Shown: positions 39,980 to 49,785 of the stretch, one piece after another
How the letters are laid out: each line of letters begins with the position of its first letter
Numbering within the stretch: the stretch's first letter is position 1
Virus record (IMG/VR): IMGVR_UViG_3300032223_001420
Span: 22,491-86,490 of that record
Direction: 5' to 3' (one strand)
Length of the DNA stretch: 64,000 nucleotides
From: a virus
Notes under the pieces: model-generated
Database searches by the model: none
What the model saw: only the letters and a program-made list of their open reading frames with translations
Told to the model about the DNA's origin: nothing
Program-made: the position numbers and the translations under genes

Positions 39980-40315
39980 TTGGCTGCTTTTGTTGAGCTT
40001 ACAATCGAACAAGGTGCAAACTTAACATCATATGTCACAGTAAGTGATGATTATGGTGTAGGAATAAATTTGCAGACCTATTCAGCCACATCGATGCTTC
40101 GTAAATCTTATTATTCTACAACAGCCGTGCCAATAACTGCAACTGTTACTGGTATTGCTAATGGTGAAATAACACTTTCCATGACCGCAGCAAACACGGC
40201 TAATCTTACTCCAGGACGCTATGTGTATGATTTATTGGTTACTGATTCGACAGACAATAAAGTCACAAGAGTAATAGAAGGAACAGCAGTGATTCTTCCA
40301 TCGGCTACGAGGTAA
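39980..40315 (+). CDS. Structural protein, BppU-N/Ig-like
   Basis: TTG start with GGAG RBS; ELTIEQGA...GRYVYD...RVIEG; preceded by ACTAAATA at 39951. Confidence 0.6.
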   Translation: MAAFVELTIEQGANLTSYVTVSDDYGVGINLQTYSATSMLRKSYYSTTAVPITATVTGIANGEITLSMTAANTANLTPGRYVYDLLVTDSTDNKVTRVIEGTAVILPSATR

Positions 40316-40318
40316 GAT

Positions 40319-40540
40319 ATGGGCACAATTACAATTTTTCAACCAAATAGAACCACAATAACATCACCCAATTTTAAACCAACACCTAATGTTGCGTTTG
40401 CGGGTTTGAATGATGTTAATACAATTGGTTTACAGAATGGATATACACTCATTTATAGTGCAGCAAACAGCAAGTATGAAATGAAAGCTGCACAAGAACT
40501 CACATCGTCGATTACATCAATCGATGGTGGAACTTTCTAA
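40319..40540 (+). CDS. Small fibre connector protein
   Basis: 73 aa; LNDV...NG..L.Y.....KY motif; ends IDGGTF. Confidence 0.55.
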   Translation: MGTITIFQPNRTTITSPNFKPTPNVAFAGLNDVNTIGLQNGYTLIYSAANSKYEMKAAQELTSSITSIDGGTF

Positions 40541-40548
40541 GAATCTAA

Positions 40549-43500
40549 ATGTCTAATACAGCTATTCAAATAAAACGCTCGACGGTTACCAGTGCGCCAA
40601 CTAAGCTGAATATTGGTGAGCTTGGCTATTCTTATACGAGTAATACTCTTTTTATTGGTAGTCGAGATGGTCAAGGATCATTAGCCGTTGGTGGTAATGC
40701 ATTTATTGGCATGTATCAAACGATGTATGATCGTTCGAACACTGCTTACACCACAGCGATTCAAGCATCAATTGATGTTGGCGCAGGATTTAGTCAAGCG
40801 AATGGTGCTTACAATCAAGCCAATGCTGCTTATATTTCACAAAACACTACTGGTGTTGTTGCGAACTCTGCTGGCATTTATGCCAATGGTGCATTTGGAG
40901 CAGCCAATGCTGCTGGTTCTTATGCCAATGGTGCATTTATTAAAGCCAATTCTGCTTATCTGTCACAGAATGTAACTGGCTCATATGCAAACTCTGCTTA
41001 TGCGAATGCTAATGCGGCATTCTCTCAAGCTAACTCAGCGTTTGCAAATGCGAATGCTTCTTTTGCACAAGCGAATGCTTCGTTCATTCAAGCTAACGGT
41101 GCATTCATACAAGCGAACGCTGCTTATATTTCACAAAATACAACCGGCGCTGTTGCAAATTCTGCTGCAATATATGCTAATGGCGCATTCGTTACCGCTA
41201 ATGCTGCTGGCGTTTATGCCAATGGCGCATTTGCTGCCGCTAACGTAGCTGGTACATATGCTAACGGTGCTTATGGTTTTGCGAATTCAGCTTCGTCGTA
41301 TGCCAATGGTGCTTTTATTACAGCTAATGCAGCATCTTATTACGCAAACATCCCATCGTATGGTGCGAACTCAGCTTCGGCATATGCTAATGGTGCATTT
41401 GCAGCCGCTAACGTATCGGGCATTTATGCGAATGGTGCTTATGGATTTGCAAACTCTGCTTCAGCATACGCCAATGGTGCTTTCGCTGCTGCAAACGTTG
41501 CTGGCATATACGCTAATGGTGCATATGGATTTGCCAACTCTGCTTCAGCGTATGCTAACGGAGCATTTGCTGCTGCAAACTCCTCACTAGGGACTAACCT
41601 AGTTCAGAATACAAACATCACATCGGCTGCATCTTATGCCAATGGTGCGTTTATACAAGCTAATGCAGCCTATATCAGTCAAAATACAACTGGTATAATT
41701 GCCAATGGTGCATTCACACGTGCTAACAATTCACTGGATGCAAACAATGGTGGCATCGTAACTGGTAATGTGACGTTTACGAAAAACGTAGTTATCGGTG
41801 GAGATACTACTGTTTCTGGTAATCTATATGTTATGGGTAATACATTCAGCGTTAATGCTGGTGCTATTATCGCAAATGATTCTTTAATCATTCTTGGTTT
41901 AGGTAACTATACATCTGACGTAGTAGATATTGGATTTGCAGGTCACTATAATGCTGGCGTAAATGCACATTCAGGTTTGTTCCGTGATGCTACTCTCAAA
42001 GAATGGTATCTGTTTAAAGGTTATACACCAGATGTAAATGCAGTAAACAATATTGATACTACTGATCCATCATTTAAAGTTGATACATTAAATGCAAATC
42101 TGAAGTCTACTTTTGTTCAAGTTAAAAATATTGATTTGTTACCATATATTAATGCTGCGTTTGATTCTGCTAACGTCAGCACCGGTGTAGATTTAACACA
42201 AAATAATAGTATCACTGCTGTATTCACTTTAGCTAATGGTACAGCGATTGCTGCAAACACACCAAGTTACACTGCAAACTCTGCTGCAATCTATGCGAAT
42301 GGTGCATTTAACGCAGCAAATGTTTCTGGTATATACGCCAACGGTGCGTTTGGTACTGCAAATGCTGCGGGTTCTTATGCCAATGGTGCATTCATCACCG
42401 CTAATGCTGCATCATATTATGCAAACATACCGTCATACGGAGCAAACTCTGCTTCATCGTATGCTAACGGTGCTTTCATCAAAGCTAATGCAGCATACAT
42501 CAGTCAAAACACTACAGGTATCGTTGCTAACAATGCTCTTGATCGTTCTATCTCTGGAGCATCATATGCCAATGGCGCATTCGTTCAAGCTAATGCAGCA
42601 TATCAATCACAAAACGTAACTGGTTCATACGCAAATACAGCATATGCTCAAGCTAATGCTGCATACATCAGCCAGAACACTACAGGTATTATAGCGAATG
42701 GTGCATACAATCAAGCCAACGCTGCATACATCAGTCAAAATACAACTGGTATAATTGCTAATGGTGCTTACAATCAAGCCAATGCTGCTTATCTGTCGCA
42801 AAACGTTAGTGGTGCTTATGCAAACTCTGCTTATGCAAATGCCAATGCTGCGTTTGCCCAAGCTAATGCTGCGTTCATTCGTGCGAATAATTCATTAGAC
42901 GCAAACAATGGTGGTGTAGTTACGGGTAACGTAACATTTACACAAAACGTAGTTGTTGGTGGTGATGCAACTGTCACAGGTAACCTATCAGTTCTTGGTG
43001 CTTTAACTTATGTAAACACAACACAACTGTTAGTTAAAGACAATGTTATCACGTTGAATGCTGCGATCAATCAAACATCAGCTCCAATCTTCAATGCTGG
43101 TTTTGAAATTGCACGTGGTTCTTCTGCTAATGTTTATTTGATTTGGAATGAAACAACTCAGAACTGGACACTTACAAGAAACGGTACAGCATATTATAAC
43201 ATAGCATCCGATGCTGCGGAGTCATATGCTAACGCTGCATTTGCTCAAGCCAATGGTGCTTTTAATCAAGCGAATGCTGCTTATCTGTCACAGAACGTAA
43301 GCGGTTCTTATGCTAATAGTGCATACGCAAATGCTAATGCTGCTTTTGCACAAGCCAATGCTGCTTATGCTTATGCTAATGCATCGATTGCGACAATCGC
43401 TTCCGTTGGTTGGGACTTGGATGATGTATCTAGATTAACTGATGGATTCTTAACTGTATTCCCATTACAATATAGTTTGCAAAATGTTTCGGTATCTGGA

Positions 43501-43749
43501 CCAAATAGTCTTTGGGTTTCGGTTAGTGGAAATACTCAAAGATCGTTTGCAAATACATATGACACAACATTTATGAGTCATTTATTATCAGCAAATAAAG
43601 GATACAAATTAACATCCGATGGTCGCATTCAATTCGTAATACCACCAAGAAATGCTTCGGATGTTCTGATTAGGGTAGTCACAGGTTCGGCAAATACAAC
43701 TGCTAGAGTATACCCATTCAAACCCACTGATATTCTCATGGGTTACTAA
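40549..43749 (+). CDS. Long coiled-coil fibre with Ala-Asn heptad repeats
   Basis: Mtd-N-like IQIKRS...L.IGELGY...LFIG N-terminus; dozens of A(F/Y)xxAN(G/S/A) heptads; two GNVTF..GNL beta domains; ends ILMGY. Confidence 0.7.
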   Translation: MSNTAIQIKRSTVTSAPTKLNIGELGYSYTSNTLFIGSRDGQGSLAVGGNAFIGMYQTMYDRSNTAYTTAIQASIDVGAGFSQANGAYNQANAAYISQNTTGVVANSAGIYANGAFGAANAAGSYANGAFIKANSAYLSQNVTGSYANSAYANANAAFSQANSAFANANASFAQANASFIQANGAFIQANAAYISQNTTGAVANSAAIYANGAFVTANAAGVYANGAFAAANVAGTYANGAYGFANSASSYANGAFITANAASYYANIPSYGANSASAYANGAFAAANVSGIYANGAYGFANSASAYANGAFAAANVAGIYANGAYGFANSASAYANGAFAAANSSLGTNLVQNTNITSAASYANGAFIQANAAYISQNTTGIIANGAFTRANNSLDANNGGIVTGNVTFTKNVVIGGDTTVSGNLYVMGNTFSVNAGAIIANDSLIILGLGNYTSDVVDIGFAGHYNAGVNAHSGLFRDATLKEWYLFKGYTPDVNAVNNIDTTDPSFKVDTLNANLKSTFVQVKNIDLLPYINAAFDSANVSTGVDLTQNNSITAVFTLANGTAIAANTPSYTANSAAIYANGAFNAANVSGIYANGAFGTANAAGSYANGAFITANAASYYANIPSYGANSASSYANGAFIKANAAYISQNTTGIVANNALDRSISGASYANGAFVQANAAYQSQNVTGSYANTAYAQANAAYISQNTTGIIANGAYNQANAAYISQNTTGIIANGAYNQANAAYLSQNVSGAYANSAYANANAAFAQANAAFIRANNSLDANNGGVVTGNVTFTQNVVVGGDATVTGNLSVLGALTYVNTTQLLVKDNVITLNAAINQTSAPIFNAGFEIARGSSANVYLIWNETTQNWTLTRNGTAYYNIASDAAESYANAAFAQANGAFNQANAAYLSQNVSGSYANSAYANANAAFAQANAAYAYANASIATIASVGWDLDDVSRLTDGFLTVFPLQYSLQNVSVSGPNSLWVSVSGNTQRSFANTYDTTFMSHLLSANKGYKLTSDGRIQFVIPPRNASDVLIRVVTGSANTTARVYPFKPTDILMGY

Positions 43750-43799
43750 ATAGTATAGAATTTTAAAAACAAACACTTACTCAATTTATTGGAGTTAAA

Positions 43800-46700
43800 A
43801 TGGCTAGAAAAGTCTTGCAAGATGCATACTACACGTTTGCAAATACTGCACAACAAATTATATTTAATCAGGGCATTCCACGTGAAAAATTTGTCCTGAT
43901 TACAAACGTCAGTACCAATCAGGTATTGTACAACTTTTCCGACCCATTATTGGGTATGACTGCACACAGCATATCGACTAATGGAGTATCTGGTCAAGTA
44001 TCTACTACAGTCACATTGGCATATAATACTGGTGCTATGCCAAACACCAGCAAGATTCAAGTTGTCATCGATGAGTATGAAGAGAAATTTACTCCATCCG
44101 AAGTTAATCTTGATCCGGTCAATAAATTCCGCACATCAACACCACAAGCGTTGATCGATACTGACTTTGAATACGGTTCACAATCAACCAAGTGGGAAAC
44201 AGTTGGTTTGGTTAATAATAAACCCACAGCATACGCCAACACTGGTGCTAACAACAGCAATACAAATGCTGGTTGGGGACCAATGATCATCTCTGATATT
44301 ATTGCTGTTGCGAACTCACCAACAATTAACGTTGTTACTTTAACTCCCCCTCCAGTAAACTCAGTTGTTGTTATTACAGATACAAACTGGGCACCTGCTG
44401 AAGGTACATTTATCGTTGAATCGGTTGCCACTGGTGCAATCTCACGTTTCACTTATACAGCAAAACAACGTTATTCAAGTAATACTAATGCTGCTAACGT
44501 TTCAATTTTCGTTCCAAACGTAACACAAATTGCAAATGGTAACTTCTATAACAATAATAAAATAGCGATTGCAAATGCGGTTAATTTCACAGGTGGTGCG
44601 TTAGGGCAAGGCAATAATTACATCACAACATTCCAACCACACGGCTTTACAATTGGTAATCAAATTATCATCCAAGGTGTAGGTTCATCGAATGCTGTAG
44701 CAGTAGTTAATGGTACATTCTTAGTCACTCAAGTTATTTCTAACACAGTATTCCGTATCGATTCTAACGTTGCTCATGGCTCGTCAACTGGTTTGGCTGT
44801 ATTCCCTAACCAATCGTATGTGTATCCAGCCACACGTGCAACTGTTTTACATCGTGCATATGATGGTGGTGTTGAATTCTCAACATCTGCTGAAAGTCAT
44901 AACAACCAAATCATTCGTCAAACTCGTCGTTACTTCCGTTACCAATCTGGTAAAGGTATTCAAGTATCAACTGGTACGTTGTTGAAGCCAAGTTTCCGTG
45001 TTGACGGCTTGACCAGTTCAGGCACTTTAGTTACCGTTAAAACTAAAGAACCACATTTCGTTTCACCTAACGTAGCTATCACACTTAGTGGTGAAGTTGG
45101 TACAGGATACAATGGTAACTTCCTTGTAAATCAAGTTGTTGATCCTTATACTTTCACTTATATTGCTAACTCTGTTCCAACAAATGCTGTTGCACTTGGT
45201 AACTATCGTTTATCAGCAAATACTTGGTATGGCGCAGCAAGTCGTATGGGATTGTTTGATGACCAAAATGGTATGTTCTTTGAGTTTGATGGGCAAGTAT
45301 TCTCTGCGGTAAGACGCAATTCTGTTTATCAAATTGCTGGTTACTCTTCAGCAAATAACAATAACACAACAATCAGTGGCGTTGTTGTTAATGGTATTAC
45401 TACATCATATAGCAAACAACTTACCGTTGGTGATAACATCGTTATCAAAGGTATGACTTATCGTGTTGAACATATTCGTAATGATCAAACAATGGATGTT
45501 CAACCAGCATATCGTGGTGAAGCAAATACATTACAAACTGTAGTTAGTAAGACAATCGATTTCAAAGTTCCACAGTCACAATGGAATATTGATCGTTGCG
45601 ATGGCACAGGTCCATCAGGATTCAACTTAGACCTAACTAAGATGCAAATGTTCTATATCGACTATTCTTGGTATGGTGCAGGTTTTGTTCGTTGGGGCGT
45701 TCGTGGTCCAGATGGTAATGTTATCTACATTCACAAAATGATCAATAACAACGTGAACTATGAAGCTCATATGCGTTCTGGCAACTTACCAGCACGTTAT
45801 GAAACGAATACATTCTCGAAGAAAACTAAACTCGGTTCAACACTCGGTGCTACCGATGCGACTATGAACGTTTCGGATGCTTCAGCATTCCCAACAACTG
45901 GTACAGTTTGGGTTAATGGTGGCGGTCTGTCAGAATATATTAACTACAATGGTATTTCAAATAACTTCCCAACAGGTTACACATTAAACAATCTGGTTCG
46001 TGGTCAGTTTGGTAATACAATTAACGTTACAATGACCACATCAAATTCAACACTGAATCTTGTAACTGGTTCATCGACAATCAATATTCAGCCTGGTATG
46101 TACGTTCAAAGTGCAAACATTCCACAAGCTGCTGTTATTACTAAAATTAATCCAAACGTATCGATTGAGATTAGCCAATCACCAACAATCGCTGGTGTTG
46201 GTCCTGTAACGTTTATCCCAATGGGTAACTTAGCACAAACATTCCCAGTGACTACAACAAATGCAATCGCTGTTGACTTACATGCGCCTGGTTATTCACC
46301 ACGTATCTCTCATTGGGGCACATCCGTAATTATGGATGGTCGTTACGATGACGATAAATCGTTGGTGTTTACACAAGGTATGACAGTACAAGCAAACGTT
46401 AATCCTGGACAAGCTCTTGCGTTACAAAGTTTCCGTATCGCTCCTTCTGTAAGTAATGGTACTTCTGGTGCAACATTAGGTGTGAGAGAAATTACTAATC
46501 GTATGCAGATGGTTTTGCGTACTCTTGATATGCTCTCTGGTGGTACATTCCTCGTGAAAATTGTTCTAAACTCTGCATTAAGTAACAATACTCCAATATG
46601 GTCATCTGTTGGTGGTTCGAGTTTAGCACAGTATATTAACCACACAGTTACTCCTGTTCCACAAGTAGCAAATGGAACTTTTGCATTTGGTGGTGAAACA

Positions 46701-46934
46701 TTGTTCTCTGGATTTACTAACGCATCTGGTGGTGGTTCTAACTTCACAACAACGACATTAGATTTGCCACTTGTTCGTGATATTGGCAACTCTATTATTG
46801 GTGGTGGTCAGTTGAGTCCACAAATTGGTTTCTTCCCAGATGGACCAGATATGGTTACGATTGTTGCTCAGAACATTGGTGTTTCTGCTGCTAACATCTT
46901 TACTCGTTTATCTTGGACAGAAGCACAAGCATAA
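43800..46934 (+). CDS. Large virion structural protein (fibre/decoration)
   Basis: LITNV..NQVLYNFSDP, DPVNKFRTS.PQALIDTDFEYG.Q.TKWE, RQTRRYFRYQSGKG, SHWGTSVIMDG.YDDDKS; preceded by ACTAAATA at 43745. Confidence 0.7.
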   Translation: MARKVLQDAYYTFANTAQQIIFNQGIPREKFVLITNVSTNQVLYNFSDPLLGMTAHSISTNGVSGQVSTTVTLAYNTGAMPNTSKIQVVIDEYEEKFTPSEVNLDPVNKFRTSTPQALIDTDFEYGSQSTKWETVGLVNNKPTAYANTGANNSNTNAGWGPMIISDIIAVANSPTINVVTLTPPPVNSVVVITDTNWAPAEGTFIVESVATGAISRFTYTAKQRYSSNTNAANVSIFVPNVTQIANGNFYNNNKIAIANAVNFTGGALGQGNNYITTFQPHGFTIGNQIIIQGVGSSNAVAVVNGTFLVTQVISNTVFRIDSNVAHGSSTGLAVFPNQSYVYPATRATVLHRAYDGGVEFSTSAESHNNQIIRQTRRYFRYQSGKGIQVSTGTLLKPSFRVDGLTSSGTLVTVKTKEPHFVSPNVAITLSGEVGTGYNGNFLVNQVVDPYTFTYIANSVPTNAVALGNYRLSANTWYGAASRMGLFDDQNGMFFEFDGQVFSAVRRNSVYQIAGYSSANNNNTTISGVVVNGITTSYSKQLTVGDNIVIKGMTYRVEHIRNDQTMDVQPAYRGEANTLQTVVSKTIDFKVPQSQWNIDRCDGTGPSGFNLDLTKMQMFYIDYSWYGAGFVRWGVRGPDGNVIYIHKMINNNVNYEAHMRSGNLPARYETNTFSKKTKLGSTLGATDATMNVSDASAFPTTGTVWVNGGGLSEYINYNGISNNFPTGYTLNNLVRGQFGNTINVTMTTSNSTLNLVTGSSTINIQPGMYVQSANIPQAAVITKINPNVSIEISQSPTIAGVGPVTFIPMGNLAQTFPVTTTNAIAVDLHAPGYSPRISHWGTSVIMDGRYDDDKSLVFTQGMTVQANVNPGQALALQSFRIAPSVSNGTSGATLGVREITNRMQMVLRTLDMLSGGTFLVKIVLNSALSNNTPIWSSVGGSSLAQYINHTVTPVPQVANGTFAFGGETLFSGFTNASGGGSNFTTTTLDLPLVRDIGNSIIGGGQLSPQIGFFPDGPDMVTIVAQNIGVSAANIFTRLSWTEAQA

Positions 46935-46937
46935 CAA

Positions 46938-47891
46938 ATGGCACATCCTACTACAAGAGCCCAGTTTAAAACTTACTGTTTACGTAAGCTGGGCTTTCCC
47001 GTTATCGAAATTAATGTAGACGATGACCAGGTAGAAGACCGTATTGATGAAGCACTTTCATTTTGGGGTGACTATCATTATGACGGTACAGAGAAAATTT
47101 TTATGAAACACTGTATCACAGCCGAGGACATAAATCGACAATGGATTTATTGTCCCGATGCTGTGCAGTTTGTTACCGGTATTATGCCATTTGATCAGTC
47201 GAATGCATCAATCAATATGTTCGACTTGCGTTATCAGTTGCGTTTGCATGATTTGTATGACTTTACATCTGTATCGTATGTGTCATATGAAATCACTATG
47301 CAACATTTACGCACATTGAATTTATTGTTTTCTGGCACTCCACAGTTTAGATTTAATCGTCATCAAAACAAAGTGTTCTTAGACATCGATTGGACACGTG
47401 ATGTTCAACCAGGTGACTATGTTATTGTCGAATGTTATCGTACTTTACAACCCGACACGGTTACTTTAACTGGTACTGCATCTTGCGCTCCAGGATCAAA
47501 TACCGTTACAGGTGTAGGTACAGTATTTGATCAGGAAGTTTTGCCATTCGATTTTATTAATATTGGTGGTGAAACAAAACAAATAGGTAATGTTAATTCA
47601 CCTACTAGTTTAACTTTGATAGGACCACCAACACAAACACACACGAATGCAACTGTTACTGTTGATGGTGTCTCTGGTGTTTGGAACGATAGGTTCTTGA
47701 AAAAGTATGGTACCGCATTAATTAAACGTCAATGGGGTGCTAATCTTAAAAAGTTTGCTGGTATTCAAATGCCAGGTGGTGTCACATTAAATGGTCAACA
47801 AATTTACGATGAAGCGATACAAGAAATAAAAGATATGGAAGATGAAATGTATCAAATGGGTTCATTGCCTTCTGAGATATTCGTGGGCTAA
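46938..47891 (+). CDS. gp13: Neck protein
   Basis: YCLRKLGFPVIEINVDDDQVEDRIDEAL...KRQWGANLKKF...PGGVTLNG. Confidence 0.92.
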   Translation: MAHPTTRAQFKTYCLRKLGFPVIEINVDDDQVEDRIDEALSFWGDYHYDGTEKIFMKHCITAEDINRQWIYCPDAVQFVTGIMPFDQSNASINMFDLRYQLRLHDLYDFTSVSYVSYEITMQHLRTLNLLFSGTPQFRFNRHQNKVFLDIDWTRDVQPGDYVIVECYRTLQPDTVTLTGTASCAPGSNTVTGVGTVFDQEVLPFDFINIGGETKQIGNVNSPTSLTLIGPPTQTHTNATVTVDGVSGVWNDRFLKKYGTALIKRQWGANLKKFAGIQMPGGVTLNGQQIYDEAIQEIKDMEDEMYQMGSLPSEIFVG

Positions 47892-47893
47892 AT

Positions 47894-48784
47894 GTGGCAA
47901 CTAATTTTTACTTTCAGAATTTTCCTGCGAACCAGATAACCTCCGAGCAACTGCTCGTAGAGGACCTGGTAATTGAAGCATTAAAAATTTATGGCATGGA
48001 TGTTTATTACTTGCCAAGAACTACACGTGATCAAGTAGATTATCTTTTTGGTGAAGACCCACTCAAAGAATATCGTACTGCTCATCCGATTGAAATGTAT
48101 CTTGAAAACGTTACAGGTATGGATGGTGAGCAAGACTTCATTTCCAAGTTTGGTTTAGAGATTCGAGATGAAGCCACTTTCTTAGTTTCACGTTTACGTT
48201 TCCAATATACCGTTGATGGATATGTTCGCCCACGTGAAGGTGATTTAGTTTTTGTTCCTCTGCTCAATAACTTCTTCGAGATTACATTCGTAGAACACGA
48301 AAACCAACAGACCATGTTTTATACATTAGGTCGTGGTCGTGGTGGTAATGTCTACGTGTATGCTCTTAAAATGAAACAGTATGTATTCTCTAACGAGATT
48401 ATTGAAACTGGCGTTCCTATGATTGATGACCAGATTATTGATTACTATCCAAAAACAAGAGTTTATCTTAATAATGGCAGTGGCAACTACAATCAAGATG
48501 AAGTTGTATATCAAGGTTCAAGTTTAACTACCGCAACAGCACAAGCACTTGTTCATGGTAGTGTAACCGGTCAATATGTTGATGTCTATCGTGTTCAAGG
48601 TGATTTATCTACATCAGCCAATTTAGTTGGTGCAACAACTGGAACACAATGGAGAATTAACCTCGTTTCAGATTCGGTAATAGCGAATAATATATTTGAA
48701 GATATTAATGATAACGCACGAATTCAAGCTAGTTCGGATGGAATCATTGACTTTACGGAACAGAATCCGTTTGGAGAACCGTAA
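47894..48784 (+). CDS. gp14: Neck protein
   Basis: GTG start; EQLLVEDLVIE..KIYGMDVYYLPR, SKFGLEIRDE, RPREGDL, DFTEQNPFG. Confidence 0.92.
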   Translation: MATNFYFQNFPANQITSEQLLVEDLVIEALKIYGMDVYYLPRTTRDQVDYLFGEDPLKEYRTAHPIEMYLENVTGMDGEQDFISKFGLEIRDEATFLVSRLRFQYTVDGYVRPREGDLVFVPLLNNFFEITFVEHENQQTMFYTLGRGRGGNVYVYALKMKQYVFSNEIIETGVPMIDDQIIDYYPKTRVYLNNGSGNYNQDEVVYQGSSLTTATAQALVHGSVTGQYVDVYRVQGDLSTSANLVGATTGTQWRINLVSDSVIANNIFEDINDNARIQASSDGIIDFTEQNPFGEP

Positions 48785-49785
48785 TGTTAGGTAATGCTCA
48801 GTTTTATCATCGCACCATTCGTAAGATGGTCGTTATATTTGGAACACTCTTTAATGATTTAGAGATTGTTCGCTACACTCAAGCTGGTGTACCAAAAGAA
48901 AAATGGAAAATTCCATTGTCTTTTGCACCCAAAGAAAGATTTTTAACAGCAATCACATCTGATCCGAATCTTATTAAGTCGGTTAATTCTGTAGTTCCAC
49001 GCATGTCATTTAATCTTGACAGTTTGGATTATGATGTTAATCGTAAACAAGTATCAACACTTCGCAACTTTTCTCAAAAAGATGCCAGTTCTGTAAACGC
49101 ACAGTTTGTTCCTATACCTTACAACTATCAGTTTTCGTTGTCGATCTATGTTCGCAACATGGAAGACGGAACACAAATACTAGAACAGATTTTACCATTC
49201 TTCACACCAGACTTTAATGTTACGGTAGATTTTATTCCTGAAATGGACCAAAAATATAATGTACCTATTATATTGAATTCGGTTTCATCAACAGTCGAAT
49301 TTGAAGGTGCTGAGAATGAAGGTTCGACACGATTGATAATGTGGGATTTATCATTTACAGCTAAAGGCTTTATATGGCCACCTGTCAAATCTGGTAAACT
49401 TATTAAGTCGGCTAATACAAATATATTAAATGATCAAACTGTACAAGCATTACAAAAAGTTTATGTTGACTTTCCAAATGGTTTTGGTGTTTACAATCAA
49501 GGTGAAATCGTTCGAGTAAATGGAAGTGACTTATCAGGTACAGTTGATTATTTCAGCAATACATCGAGCGGCGTATTAGTTATTACCAATGCCAACAAGA
49601 CCATAAAAGTTGGTGATAATATTGTAGGAGATTACTCTGGTGCATCATACAATGTACTTGTTACTGATGTGAATTCGTTGAATGTCGTACAAGTTGTAAC
49701 ACAGACTAATCCAACATCTGCTTCACCTGTTGACTTATATGGTTTCACTGAAACAATTTTAGAATATCCTAATACTTTACCATGA
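48784..49785 (+). CDS. gp15: Tail sheath stabiliser/terminator
   Basis: FYHRTIRK...FGTLFNDL, PRMSF, QILEQILPFF.P, LSFTAKG. Confidence 0.92.
   Translation: MLGNAQFYHRTIRKMVVIFGTLFNDLEIVRYTQAGVPKEKWKIPLSFAPKERFLTAITSDPNLIKSVNSVVPRMSFNLDSLDYDVNRKQVSTLRNFSQKDASSVNAQFVPIPYNYQFSLSIYVRNMEDGTQILEQILPFFTPDFNVTVDFIPEMDQKYNVPIILNSVSSTVEFEGAENEGSTRLIMWDLSFTAKGFIWPPVKSGKLIKSANTNILNDQTVQALQKVYVDFPNGFGVYNQGEIVRVNGSDLSGTVDYFSNTSSGVLVITNANKTIKVGDNIVGDYSGASYNVLVTDVNSLNVVQVVTQTNPTSASPVDLYGFTETILEYPNTLP

Noticed and set aside
40740-43390. CRISPR-like or DNA-level tandem array in the 21-bp periodic region
   Set aside because: The periodicity is protein-coding heptads with synonymous variation; there is no constant repeat with unique spacers.
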